From Minisyncoccota bacterium (lineage in GTDB: Bacteria; Patescibacteriota; Minisyncoccia; UBA6257; JAGOQP01), in assembly GCA_041665445.1 (NCBI GenBank), contig JBAYIV010000002.1, positions 5,836 to 69,835 on the forward strand: a stretch of 64,000 bases of DNA. The letters are read 5' to 3'. Made by a program: the position numbers and the translations under genes. Shown here piece by piece: positions 47,784 through 57,689 of this stretch. The notes under the pieces are model-generated. The model ran no database searches and was not told the origin of the DNA. It was given only the letters and a program-made list of their open reading frames with translations. Within the stretch, counting starts at the first letter, position 1. Every line of letters begins with the position of its first letter.

Positions 47784-48362
47784 CTACCAAACAAACGGGA
47801 TCAATGCTTTGGTGCGTTTTTTGTATTCCGGATATGTGTCTGGAAATTGCTCAGTCATCATTTGTTCTTCGACTGAAATTCTTCTCACAAAAACCATCAC
47901 CCCAATCACCAACGGGATAAGCCATATATATCCAACGGTTAATCCGGTGCCCACCATAGCCAATAACATTCCGGTATAAATCGGATGACGGACAAATCGA
48001 TACGGCCCAGACGTGACCAGCTCATGATTTTCTTTTAGCGTCGGATGCGAGCTCCAATTCTTACCTAAATGGAAACGCGCCCAGATCGCAAAGACAATGC
48101 CTAGGGCGCACAGGACTGCGCCAATTTCCGTGGCAGTACTTCCCATCGTATTGAACCTAGCCACAAAGACACGGCTGATACTGGAAAAGTGAAAAATGGC
48201 AATCAAAATAACCACCAGTGCAATTGCCAAACGAACGGCGTAAATCCAACCGCTCCACCAGATGCTTTTGGTAACGTCTTTTTTCGCACCAATGGCGGCA
48301 ACCGCCCAGTAGCCAATAAAGACCAGCCAAGAGATTAAGATTATCCAATAGAAAATCGTCAT
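47784..48362 (-). CDS. Isoprenylcysteine carboxylmethyltransferase family protein
   Basis: LGKNWS, LVTSGPYRFVRHPIY, EE...F...Y..Y. Confidence 0.9.
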   Translation of the reverse strand: MTIFYWIILISWLVFIGYWAVAAIGAKKDVTKSIWWSGWIYAVRLAIALVVILIAIFHFSSISRVFVARFNTMGSTATEIGAVLCALGIVFAIWARFHLGKNWSSHPTLKENHELVTSGPYRFVRHPIYTGMLLAMVGTGLTVGYIWLIPLVIGVMVFVRRISVEEQMMTEQFPDTYPEYKKRTKALIPFVW

Positions 48363-48832
48363 GACGTATGTATGGCATGCTTAATTGCGACCTCCAATTC
48401 GTCGGGGGCATCTGTCCCTATGCGATACATTTTTCCGTTTCTCATCACTATTTCAACGGCGTCAAAACCGGAAACATTGTAAATCCACATATACGGCCAG
48501 AACCATACTCTCGCTCCCCAGCCGTAATACCAATGATTTTTTACCGATATCGCCGAGGTTATTTCATTAAGGAAAAATTTCTTCTTGAAAATACCATAGC
48601 CGAATTTGATCCTGAGATAATTCTGATCAACCGTTACCGTGAGGAATGAAAACGACGCAAGAATAAAAAGAACGAATGCCATGATGGCGGTGATGGCAAA
48701 ATTTGTTCCGGAGTTGTATGAGGGAGGCTCAGCCCTGGCCGTCATTTGAACCCATGCGAAAAAAACCAGCACGACCAGCATCACCGAAAGCATCAGATAG
48801 CCAATTTGCGTGTGTCGATATGTGTTTTTCAT
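48359..48832 (-). CDS. Hypothetical membrane protein (PH-like soluble part)
   Basis: Two TMs; GWG.R...YNVSG..AVEI...YRIGTD.P. Confidence 0.7.
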   Translation of the reverse strand: MKNTYRHTQIGYLMLSVMLVVLVFFAWVQMTARAEPPSYNSGTNFAITAIMAFVLFILASFSFLTVTVDQNYLRIKFGYGIFKKKFFLNEITSAISVKNHWYYGWGARVWFWPYMWIYNVSGFDAVEIVMRNGKMYRIGTDAPDELEVAIKHAIHTS

Positions 48833-48837
48833 ATCAA

Positions 48838-49146
48838 TTATTTTAACTTATCTTGTTTGCCGATAATCCATTTTTGCGTGGCATTCATAGGTTTGTCTGT
48901 GCGATGAACGCAACCACTCCAGCAACACGGCCGGCGCACGCCTTCCTTCAGCTCTGCTATAACTCGCCCTATGTGCTCCCGTCGCGTTTTGTCCTGCTTA
49001 ACCGAAATAGTCCAGCAAATCCATTCGTTGCGCGCCAGCGGCGTAATATCCTCCCATTTTTCGAGCGCCGCCTTATCGGCCACAATGGCTTTCTTTAAAT
49101 CTTTGGGCAGTTGATGCGCCGTGCCGGACGATATTTTTTTAGTCAT
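48838..49146 (-). CDS. YdeI/OmpD-associated family protein
   Basis: LPKDL..A...W..ITPLARNEWICW...KQ.KTR. Confidence 0.85.
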   Translation of the reverse strand: MTKKISSGTAHQLPKDLKKAIVADKAALEKWEDITPLARNEWICWTISVKQDKTRREHIGRVIAELKEGVRRPCCWSGCVHRTDKPMNATQKWIIGKQDKLK

Positions 49147-49229
49147 ACTTTTTTATCCTACCAAAAAATCGCCCCAAGAGCGATTTTTTTGAATGCTTGC
49201 AACCGCACAAGACTCACAGCCACAAACAG

Positions 49230-49514
49230 CTAGATATCCTTTTTCGGGGGTCCCCACTGCCAGCGGGGTTTTTCTCCTTTCCAGAAACCGAAAAATAATA
49301 TGAACGCAACCATCAACAAAGCGCCCAAAAGCGCTGCGCCAGGCGCATCATCGATCTCTGCGACATAAACACCAGCACTAAGAATAGCAACGCCAATGGC
49401 CACCACGAGCCACCCTTCCCATTTCACTGGCGTCCATCCCCACCCGTAAAGCTTGGCCTTGAACCAATATCCCTGCGGGTTGTCTTTGAAATAAGCGATA
49501 TAGTCTTTGAGCAT
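49230..49514 (-). CDS. Small membrane protein
   Basis: WFKAKLYGWGWTP..WEGW...KGEKPRWQWG. Confidence 0.75.
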   Translation of the reverse strand: MLKDYIAYFKDNPQGYWFKAKLYGWGWTPVKWEGWLVVAIGVAILSAGVYVAEIDDAPGAALLGALLMVAFILFFGFWKGEKPRWQWGPPKKDI

Positions 49515-49556
49515 GTGTCTTTATGTTTATGCTTTAGTATTAATTTAAATAACTGT

Positions 49557-52500
49557 TTATTCTGTCAATTTACCACCTGAAATATCAAAAAATCTTTCAA
49601 AGAAACTTGTCAATTTACTGAGAACGCTTTCACGTTTTTGGGTCCGCTCGCCAGTTGGAGAAAAACGAGACACAGGAGGTAAGACTTTAGTTATTGCTGT
49701 ACCGGTCGTTGCTATACTTCCATCGCGAAAAGCATTTTTTACAAATGCGTATGTTGCATCATGATCAAGATTTTCATTGGTAATAATTTGCTCTAACTCT
49801 TCAATCTTTTTCTTGTCCACGAATTTCTGCCAATCATCGTCAACGATTGAATGTATATCAAGTGAGGTAATAAATTGATTGATGAGATCCTTTTTGTTTC
49901 GTAGTTCAATACTTGAATCAATCGCTTTATTGATATCAACTAAAATCTCCCGATTCTTATTGTGATCGTCGTGGTATCTCTTGATAAGTCCCAGGACAAA
50001 ATCAATATTTATTTCTACCTGCCTAATAAGCTCCATTTCAAACACCAAGTCATCATTGATATTTTCTTGATCAACCTCGGTACCCTTACGAAATTCATTA
50101 TAAAGATCAATATACATACTATGATAATCTTGCACATCCCGCTCGGTTAAAATCTCGTTGCCAGTAAATTCGTCAAAAGTTGTCAAAATATTGCGCACTC
50201 GCAAAATCCCACCATAGAGCTTGATAAAATCTTTTTGGTTTTGTTCTCCTATAATTTGCTTACCAACTGGGAATTTTTCCAAGAGCTCTGCCACCAGACT
50301 TGCATACCCACGCACTTCCTTATTGCCGTCTTTGTAGCCGTTGTAATACTCCTCGTATGATTTGAGAAGCACGACACCGCCAGCTTCTTTATCTCCAAAA
50401 AGAGCGATGGATTCGTTCGTCGCTTTCTCTAGGTTACGGAAGCAAATAATGTTTCCAAAGGTCTTTATGCTGTTTAAAATGCGATTGGTGCGTGAAAATG
50501 CCTGCAAGAGTCCATGCAGTCTCAAGTTTTTGTCAACCCAAAGTGTGTTCAGTGTTGTGGCGTCAAAGCCGGTCAAAAACATATTGACCACAATCAGAAC
50601 ATCAATCTCACGGTTTTTCACTCTCAAGCTCACGTCTTTGTAATAATTTTGAAACTTATCCGATGAAGTATCGAAGGACGTTCCAAACATCGCATTGTAA
50701 TCAGTGATTGCATTATCAAGAAAATCTCTTGAGCTCACATCAAGCCCACTCGTATCCTCAGAGTTTTCATCGATCATTCCATCGGCATCCTCCTCATTCA
50801 CCCCGAAGCTATAAATCGTTGCTACTTTAAGTTGTTTATCACTCGGTGCACCCTCAAGTTGTTTTTTAAATTCAGCATAATACTTTTTTGCCACATCGAT
50901 AGACGAAACGGCAAAAATAGAATTGAACCCTGCCAACCTACGATCTTTCAATTTATAAAAACTATTTCGCTTTGTCTTTTGGTCAAAATGCTCACGAATA
51001 TAGCCCACGATATTTGCCAGTCTTTCCGGTGAAGCCAACACTGCCTCACGGTCAATATCTCGCACCTGTGAGTCTTCAATATTCTCAGCTTCTCGAACTG
51101 TAGAAACATAATCAACCTTAAATGGCAAAACATTTTTATCGGCGATGGCATTAACAATCGTGTAGGTGTGCAATTTTTCACCAAAAGCCTGCTCGGTCGT
51201 TTTCAGGTCCGGTCGTCCTCCAGCAGACGCATTCATGGCAAAAATAGGCGTACCAGTAAAACCAAACAAATTGTAATTCTTGAATGTTTTGGTAATAGCG
51301 GCGTGCATATCGCCAAACTGTGAACGGTGACATTCATCAAAGATAAGCACCACATGCCCATCAAAAATAGTATGCCCGGAATTGCGCCCGATAAAACGAT
51401 CGAGCTTCTGAATAGTGGTGATGATAATTCGCGCGTTTGGATTTTCCAGCTGTTTTTTCAAAATTGCCGTGCTGGTATTGCTATTAGCTGCGCCTTTCTC
51501 AAACTTGTCGTATTCTCGCATGGTCTGATAGTCCAAGTCCTTGCGATCAACTACAAACACCACTTTATCCACATACGGCAACTTACTCACGAGCTGGGCG
51601 GTTTTGAAACTGGTTAAAGTTTTTCCCGATCCGGTCGTGTGCCAAATGTACCCACCAGCATCAACTGTGCCGAGTTTCTTGTAGTTGGTGCTGACTTCAA
51701 TACGACTGAGTATTCTCTCCGTCGCCACTATCTGATACGGGCGCATTACTGAAAGTTGATGATCTGTAGTGAACACGCAGTACTTGGTCAAAATATTCAA
51801 AAGTGCGTGCTTGGCAAAAAAAGTCTTCCCAAAATCTATCAAATCCGTAATCGGTCGGTTGGTAGCATCTGCCCACCAGCTGGTAAATTCAAAACTGTTG
51901 CTCGAGCGTTTGCCTTTTTTCACTGCACCTTCACCGGCTTCTCTAATATGCTCCGAACGGACGGTGTTGCTGTAATATTTGGTATGTGTACCGTTGGAAA
52001 TAATAAACAACTGCACATATTCAAAAAGTCCCGACGCCGCCCAAAAACTTTCTCGGCTGTAACGGTTGATCTGATTGAACGCCTCGGCAATAGCCACTCC
52101 ACGGCGCTTGAGTTCGATATGCACCAAAGGCAACCCGTTCACCAGCACCGTCACATCATAGCGATTAGCACGTTGACCGTCCTCGGTGGCGTATTGATTG
52201 ATTACCTGCAAACTATTGTCATGAATGTTGTCCTTTTTTATGAGGTAAACATTCTTGGTCGTGCCATCTTCGCGCGTCAGGTTTTTGATGTGGTCTTCTT
52301 GGAGGGTGGCAGTCTTTTCGGCAATGCTTTGATTTGGGTTGGCAAGCTCACTGGCAAAAAACCGTTCCCATTCGCTATCGGTAAAAGTAAAATCATTGAG
52401 TTTCTCTAGTTGCTTGCGCAAATTCAATACCAAATCAGCTTCGGAGGTGATGGGCAGATACTCGTACGCCTGCGTTTTAAGTTGCGCGATAAATGCCCGC

Positions 52501-52625
52501 TCCAAATCCGCTTCACTTTGATAAGAAACACCTTCCCGTACCCGATCTGCGGGCTTATAATACTCAGCAACAACGGTGCTTTGAGGATTTTCCGCAACTA
52601 GATTGTATTTTTTGTTATTTGGCAT
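49557..52625 (-). CDS. hsdR: Type I restriction endonuclease subunit R
   Basis: D..VLVNGLPLVHIELK; HTTGSGKT; DECHRSQFG; FTGTP; MFLTGFD; QAFSRTNR. Confidence 0.97.
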   Translation of the reverse strand: MPNNKKYNLVAENPQSTVVAEYYKPADRVREGVSYQSEADLERAFIAQLKTQAYEYLPITSEADLVLNLRKQLEKLNDFTFTDSEWERFFASELANPNQSIAEKTATLQEDHIKNLTREDGTTKNVYLIKKDNIHDNSLQVINQYATEDGQRANRYDVTVLVNGLPLVHIELKRRGVAIAEAFNQINRYSRESFWAASGLFEYVQLFIISNGTHTKYYSNTVRSEHIREAGEGAVKKGKRSSNSFEFTSWWADATNRPITDLIDFGKTFFAKHALLNILTKYCVFTTDHQLSVMRPYQIVATERILSRIEVSTNYKKLGTVDAGGYIWHTTGSGKTLTSFKTAQLVSKLPYVDKVVFVVDRKDLDYQTMREYDKFEKGAANSNTSTAILKKQLENPNARIIITTIQKLDRFIGRNSGHTIFDGHVVLIFDECHRSQFGDMHAAITKTFKNYNLFGFTGTPIFAMNASAGGRPDLKTTEQAFGEKLHTYTIVNAIADKNVLPFKVDYVSTVREAENIEDSQVRDIDREAVLASPERLANIVGYIREHFDQKTKRNSFYKLKDRRLAGFNSIFAVSSIDVAKKYYAEFKKQLEGAPSDKQLKVATIYSFGVNEEDADGMIDENSEDTSGLDVSSRDFLDNAITDYNAMFGTSFDTSSDKFQNYYKDVSLRVKNREIDVLIVVNMFLTGFDATTLNTLWVDKNLRLHGLLQAFSRTNRILNSIKTFGNIICFRNLEKATNESIALFGDKEAGGVVLLKSYEEYYNGYKDGNKEVRGYASLVAELLEKFPVGKQIIGEQNQKDFIKLYGGILRVRNILTTFDEFTGNEILTERDVQDYHSMYIDLYNEFRKGTEVDQENINDDLVFEMELIRQVEINIDFVLGLIKRYHDDHNKNREILVDINKAIDSSIELRNKKDLINQFITSLDIHSIVDDDWQKFVDKKKIEELEQIITNENLDHDATYAFVKNAFRDGSIATTGTAITKVLPPVSRFSPTGERTQKRESVLSKLTSFFERFFDISGGKLTE

Positions 52626-53730
52626 ATTCTTTGAAAGTTAAAAGCTTTCCTCGATAATATTCGTATTGCGACCGGCGAGCCGAAAGTTCAGCAGGTAAAC
52701 CAATTGAGATGTCGTTAACGAGTGCATCAAATTTGTCTAAAATGGAAACGATTCGTTCTTGTTCGGCGATAGGTGGAACTGGAATTTTAATTTCTAACAT
52801 CTTACTTTTGGTAAGCTTTGCACGAGTTCCACCTGTTAGAAATGGCGTAAACTTCATAGTTTTTAAATAATGAAACAAAAATCTATTATTCAATTTGTCC
52901 AATCCTCTAACAACATGAATATGGTTATTTGCCCAAAACTTTCCTGTAGCAAACTGAATTGAATAATTTTCTATGCTTGCCGATCCATCCTCAGCAATCA
53001 ATACAAAATCACCCTCATGAGTAAAACCTTCAACTTGGTCTTGTATGTTGTTTGCACCATAGTATGGTATTTTGCCGGCCACGCGTAAACTTGATGCCAC
53101 TGGTCTCCTTTTGTTGTCAGCAATTTCACAAACCTCTCCGAATTTCTTAAACTCTATACCATCCCCAAACGTCAACATCTCCTTCCGATAATGCTCGTAC
53201 TGTTTCTCTCTTGCTTCCAGCTCTGCCTCCAGCTCTGCTTCCAGCTCTGTAAAACTATTAAGAATTTTGACAATTTCTTCTTGGATTGCAAGGGGTGGGA
53301 GAGGGATTTTAAAATCCTGTAAAGTTGATAAGACAATATAAGTCATTGCTGCGCTGTTTGTATGATTTTCAAGATATTTTTTAAAATTATCGCTAAGCGA
53401 AAAAAATAAAAATCTTACATCAACACCTTTACTAAAATTTGTTAGTACATAAGTTCGTTGATAAGCCTCAAACTTTCCAATGTAATGTTTTATCTCGCCA
53501 ACATTAGCATTACCCGCAATTAGCAATGCTTCGGTGTCCCAGCGAAACCTATCAATTTTGCTCGGCTCTTTTGCGGTTGTAAAAAACATATATTCGCCAT
53601 CATCAACTGCAGCATTGGCATTAAGTTTACCTGTCTCGATTTTGCAAACCTCTCCCAACTTCTTAAACCCCACCCCATTTGGGCAGAGTTCGGCGATCAG
53701 TTTTTCGATTTTTGATCTATTGTTTGTCAT
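52615..53730 (-). CDS. hsdS: Type I R-M specificity subunit (IC-like)
   Basis: LCPNGV; IPLPPLAIQEEIV.IL..FTELEAELEAELEAR; GLPAEL.AR..QYEYYR. Confidence 0.95.
   Translation of the reverse strand: MTNNRSKIEKLIAELCPNGVGFKKLGEVCKIETGKLNANAAVDDGEYMFFTTAKEPSKIDRFRWDTEALLIAGNANVGEIKHYIGKFEAYQRTYVLTNFSKGVDVRFLFFSLSDNFKKYLENHTNSAAMTYIVLSTLQDFKIPLPPLAIQEEIVKILNSFTELEAELEAELEAREKQYEHYRKEMLTFGDGIEFKKFGEVCEIADNKRRPVASSLRVAGKIPYYGANNIQDQVEGFTHEGDFVLIAEDGSASIENYSIQFATGKFWANNHIHVVRGLDKLNNRFLFHYLKTMKFTPFLTGGTRAKLTKSKMLEIKIPVPPIAEQERIVSILDKFDALVNDISIGLPAELSARRSQYEYYRGKLLTFKEYAK
53213..53248 (-). repeat. 3 x 12-bp tandem repeat encoding (E)LEA in the HsdS spacer
   Basis: GCTTCCAGCTCT GCCTCCAGCTCT GCTTCCAGCTCT on the plus strand. 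Confidence 0.9.
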
Positions 53731-55184
53731 GATAGTAATGGAATCAAAAATTCAATAGAGGTTTTAAGCTCATGGTCTGTGAATTTTGTGTTATTCGAAT
53801 TTTCAGGATGATGGATAATATTCCTGATTTTTGTGGGCAGTGTTCTGCTTTGACTCTCCGTTGAGCCGTCTTTTTTCAATTTAGTATACGATTGATCTTG
53901 TTTTATACCTTTGCCAATTAAATATTTTTCAAATTCATCTTCAAAGTAGTTTTTCTCGTCCTCTAAGATAGCTTTTGCTTGGATAAATCCATAAAGTTCA
54001 TTATGAAATTCAACAGATAAAACACCGAAACCATAATAATTGATTTCTCCCCATGTCGGACTTGAAGACCCAAACAAATCGAACTCTTTGCCTGCCCCAA
54101 CCCTGTTCAATCCTTTTTCTTTAGAATACACATTCATTGAATGAGTTTCTTTTTTGTATTTTTTCAATAAATATGGAGAGTGTGTGATAATAAAAATCTG
54201 TGACTTTTCAGAGATTTTCTCAAGTGCGTCAAGGAGTTTATTTTGTGCCTGCGGGTGTAAAAACGTTTCCGGTTCGTCAATGAAAAATAGTATCGGTTTA
54301 GAAGCCCCATTTTCATCCGATGAAGAAATATCGGCATATACTTGAATAAGTGCTAGTGCTAAGGCTCGTTGCATTCCCGTACCTTTTTCAGAACTTTTTG
54401 TTTCAATACCATTTTCAGACAGAGCAATATTTCCTGTTTTGAAAAAACTCTCAATCTCAGGCAATGAAAAACTAAACCTTACTTCCGTCTCTCCATACTG
54501 TTCAGATAGAATACTTTGTATTTTTTGTTCAACCGGTTGCAGGGTTTTAGCCAAACAATTTTCACCTTCGCCGAAAGTTTCTTTGTGTGACTTTTTAAAG
54601 TTTTTCCAAGTATCAGAAGTGATAAAATCTTTCGTTATTGTATTGATAATCTTTCCACTAATTTTTGTTTTCGCAAAATCGGAAATATCACCTGAATTTG
54701 TATCAGCCCAAACAAACTGCGCATCAAAAAGTGCAGTAATTGTATTATCAATACCAGTAGGATTTTCAAACTGATTTGTCGCAGAGTTAAAAACTCGAAC
54801 ATTGCTGATTGATAATGACTTTTCCTTGCCACCTTGCGTGATTTTTGTCTCTTCACTAGAACGCATTACCCGTAAACTTTTTTGACCATCTGTATCTACG
54901 AGGTAAGACTGGTATTTTTTGAGTGCATCAGTGTGGACAAGTGACTCAAGATCGTCACCCTTAAATTCGATTTCAACTGAGATAAAGCCATCTCCATCAA
55001 TTTCAGTTTTGGTAATTATTTCATTTCTATCTTTCTTTGTGCGTATAAAATCTATTGCCTCAAAAACCGATGACTTGCCACAGTTATTGTCACCAACAAA
55101 AAAGTTTACGCCTTTATCAAAAATAATTTCATGATCTGCTTTAAATCCCTTAAAATTATGCAATTTTATTTTTGAAATATACAT
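53727..55184 (-). CDS. ABC-type ATPase with C-terminal HEPN-like motif (PrrC/RloC-like architecture)
   Basis: GDNNCGKS, KGTGMQR, FFIDEPETFLHP, ITHSP; C-terminal RNIIHH (Rx4H). Confidence 0.8.
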   Translation of the reverse strand: MYISKIKLHNFKGFKADHEIIFDKGVNFFVGDNNCGKSSVFEAIDFIRTKKDRNEIITKTEIDGDGFISVEIEFKGDDLESLVHTDALKKYQSYLVDTDGQKSLRVMRSSEETKITQGGKEKSLSISNVRVFNSATNQFENPTGIDNTITALFDAQFVWADTNSGDISDFAKTKISGKIINTITKDFITSDTWKNFKKSHKETFGEGENCLAKTLQPVEQKIQSILSEQYGETEVRFSFSLPEIESFFKTGNIALSENGIETKSSEKGTGMQRALALALIQVYADISSSDENGASKPILFFIDEPETFLHPQAQNKLLDALEKISEKSQIFIITHSPYLLKKYKKETHSMNVYSKEKGLNRVGAGKEFDLFGSSSPTWGEINYYGFGVLSVEFHNELYGFIQAKAILEDEKNYFEDEFEKYLIGKGIKQDQSYTKLKKDGSTESQSRTLPTKIRNIIHHPENSNNTKFTDHELKTSIEFLIPLLS

Positions 55185-55188
55185 ATAT

Positions 55189-56769
55189 TTATTTATTACC
55201 TTCAATATCTGCCACGATCTCATCAATCGCAGTGCGGAGTTCATTTTGTCTTGCGACAATCTTGGTGATTTTTGTGTTGAGCGTGGTGATATCCACTACT
55301 TCGCGAGTATCTTCTGTGAGCACATAGCTTGAAACGGCGATATTGTAGTCGTTTTGGGCAATAGTTTTATTATCAACAAGCTTGGCAAAGTACTCCGCAT
55401 CTTGACGAGCGGTGAAAGCGTCCAAAATCTTTTTGCGATTTACTTCGCTCAATTTGTTTTTGTTGCCACCACGGACAAACTCAGCAGAGGCATCTATAAA
55501 AAGTGTCTTATTATCTTTCTTACTCTTTTTGAGAACGATGATGCAGGTGGCGATGGTAGTACCAAAAAATAGGTCGGGCGGAAGCTGGATCACCGCATCG
55601 ACATAATTGTTATCTACTAAATACTTTCTTATTTTACCCTCCGCGCCACCACGATAGAGAACGCCGGGAAATTCAACAATCGCCGCCGTTCCGCTTGTTG
55701 AGAGCCACGAGAGCATATGCATAGTAAAAGCGAGATCCGCCTTACTCTTCGGCGCGAGCACTCCTGCTGGTGAAAAACGCGGATCGTTGATAAGGAGCGG
55801 GTTTGCGTCGCCCTCCCAATGAATAGAATACGGCGGATTGGAAACGATGGCGTCAAACGGCTCATCATCCCAGTGTTTCGGATCTATAAGCGTATCACCG
55901 TGAGCGATATCAAAATTATTGTAGTTGATGTCATGCAAGAACATGTTGATACGGCAGAGATTGTAGGTGGTAGGATTGATCTCCTGTCCGAAGAAACCGA
56001 GGCGCACATTTTCTTTGCCGAGGACTTTAGCAAACTTGAGGAGTAGAGAGCCAGAACCGCATGCTGGATCGTAGACCTTATTCACTTCTGTTTTGCCAAC
56101 CGTAGTGATTTCCGACAAAAGTTCGCTGACTTCCTGTGGGGTAAAAAAATCACCACCCTTCTTGCCGGCATTCGATGCATACATACTCATAAGAAACTCG
56201 TAAGCATCTCCGAATACATCAATTGTGTTGTCTAAATAATTACCGAGCTTGATACCACCAATAGCCTCCATAATTTTTATTAGGCGTTTATTGCGCACCT
56301 CTACTGTTGCCCCGAGATTCTTATGATTGACATCAATGTCATCAAACAATCCTTTTATGTCGTCCTCACTGCTAGCGCCTTTTGCAGAACCTTCAATGTT
56401 ACGAAAAACAGCAGTAAGAGTTTCGTTAAGATTAATGTCGCTGCGCGCATTCCTGAGAACATTTATGAAAAGCTCACTGGGCAAAATATAAAATCCTTTT
56501 TCTTTGACGGTATCAGCTCGCCCAAACTCTGCTTCTTTGTCTGACAAGTCTGTATAGTCAAAATCTTTCTTGCCAGCGCGTCGCTCGTCGGCGTTGATGT
56601 AGTCAGTGAGATTTTCACTGATAAAGCGGTAAAAGAGTATCCCCAGCACATATTGCTTGAAGTCCCAACCATCAACACTTCCACGCAAATCATTGGCAAT
56701 CTGCCAAATAGCACGATATAACTCCGAACGTTCTTGCTCTTTAGTTTTGGTGATGATTTCTTTTTGCAT
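55189..56769 (-). CDS. hsdM: Type I R-M methyltransferase subunit
   Basis: IWQIANDLRG, FFTPQEV, YDPACGSGSLL, SNPPYS. Confidence 0.97.
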   Translation of the reverse strand: MQKEIITKTKEQERSELYRAIWQIANDLRGSVDGWDFKQYVLGILFYRFISENLTDYINADERRAGKKDFDYTDLSDKEAEFGRADTVKEKGFYILPSELFINVLRNARSDINLNETLTAVFRNIEGSAKGASSEDDIKGLFDDIDVNHKNLGATVEVRNKRLIKIMEAIGGIKLGNYLDNTIDVFGDAYEFLMSMYASNAGKKGGDFFTPQEVSELLSEITTVGKTEVNKVYDPACGSGSLLLKFAKVLGKENVRLGFFGQEINPTTYNLCRINMFLHDINYNNFDIAHGDTLIDPKHWDDEPFDAIVSNPPYSIHWEGDANPLLINDPRFSPAGVLAPKSKADLAFTMHMLSWLSTSGTAAIVEFPGVLYRGGAEGKIRKYLVDNNYVDAVIQLPPDLFFGTTIATCIIVLKKSKKDNKTLFIDASAEFVRGGNKNKLSEVNRKKILDAFTARQDAEYFAKLVDNKTIAQNDYNIAVSSYVLTEDTREVVDITTLNTKITKIVARQNELRTAIDEIVADIEGNK

Positions 56770-57006
56770 AATATAAATTGAGTACCTGGACATCAACTTT
56801 TTTGCGGTTTTAGTTGATATTTGCAATAGAGATGTCAACTACTTACAAAATGGCTACTTTCTCTTCTTTCCCACGCACTACCCCCCAGAAAAGCATCGGG
56901 ACACGATTGCCTGATCCGCCGCACCCCCCAGGGCATTGCCCATCATTCTACTCCCCTGCCGACTGATTATAAAGATCACAACCAGGCACAGCTAAAAGTG
57001 AACCGG

Positions 57007-57047
57007 AGATAAAAAAAGAGAGCCGGGGGGCTCTCAAGGGTTTTGTG
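57007..57047 (-). terminator. GAGAGC..GCTCTC-T7 terminator, variant copy
   Basis: AGATAAAAAAAGAGAGCCGGGGGGCTCTCAAGGGTTTTGTG on the plus strand. Confidence 0.75.
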
Positions 57048-57067
57048 CCATAATGCTGGACAAGCGA

Positions 57068-57436
57068 CTACTGTTCCTCGGAGACGAAGAACTGCGCCAT
57101 CTTCTTGATGGCCTCGACGCTTGCCGTGCTGTTGGAGAAGGTTTCCCCATAGATCGCCAGTATCTGCTCGCGGGTCAGGCTGGGATCGGCCAACTGCCCC
57201 AGGTGAAGCTCATTGATTTTTCGCTTGATTTTGACCTTATCCTGCTGCTTGTTACCCCAGCGCGCAAAATCATAGAGCTCGTATGCCTGCTCAAGATCAA
57301 GGGTTGGGCTTCCCAAGTTCTCCGTAAGTCCATTGGGTGGATTTTCGGGAATTGGAATCCCCAGTACGTCGGAGATGTGGTCGAGAGGCATGCCCGTTTC
57401 CTCACTCATTTTCACAATATCGATTTTATCGCTCAT
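57068..57436 (-). CDS. Hypothetical protein
   Basis: SD AAAGGGG; boxA-like motif upstream; terminator downstream. Confidence 0.6.
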   Translation of the reverse strand: MSDKIDIVKMSEETGMPLDHISDVLGIPIPENPPNGLTENLGSPTLDLEQAYELYDFARWGNKQQDKVKIKRKINELHLGQLADPSLTREQILAIYGETFSNSTASVEAIKKMAQFFVSEEQ

Positions 57437-57450
57437 CCCATTCCCCTTTC

Positions 57451-57462
57451 TGTTAAAGAGCG
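57451..57462 (-). promoter_or_regulatory. boxA-like antitermination motif CGCTCTTTAACA
   Basis: Matches the rrn boxA core GCTCTTTAACA; lies between promoter and SD. Confidence 0.6.
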
Positions 57463-57689
57463 CTGTTTCCACACCACTCGACTATGCGTTTGGTGCAGAA
57501 ACTTCGGTTGTTCAACCTGAATACGTAATAGCATTTATCTAAAAAAGCGTCAATATGCCTTCGTCGCCTTAGTTTACGATTCATCTGCGTAAGATATCAA
57601 ATAAAAAAGAAAAGGCCCGGGGCATCGATCACTCGATACGTCCCCGGGTCTTTCAAGTTACTTGTGTGTGAGAAATCAACATGATGTCG

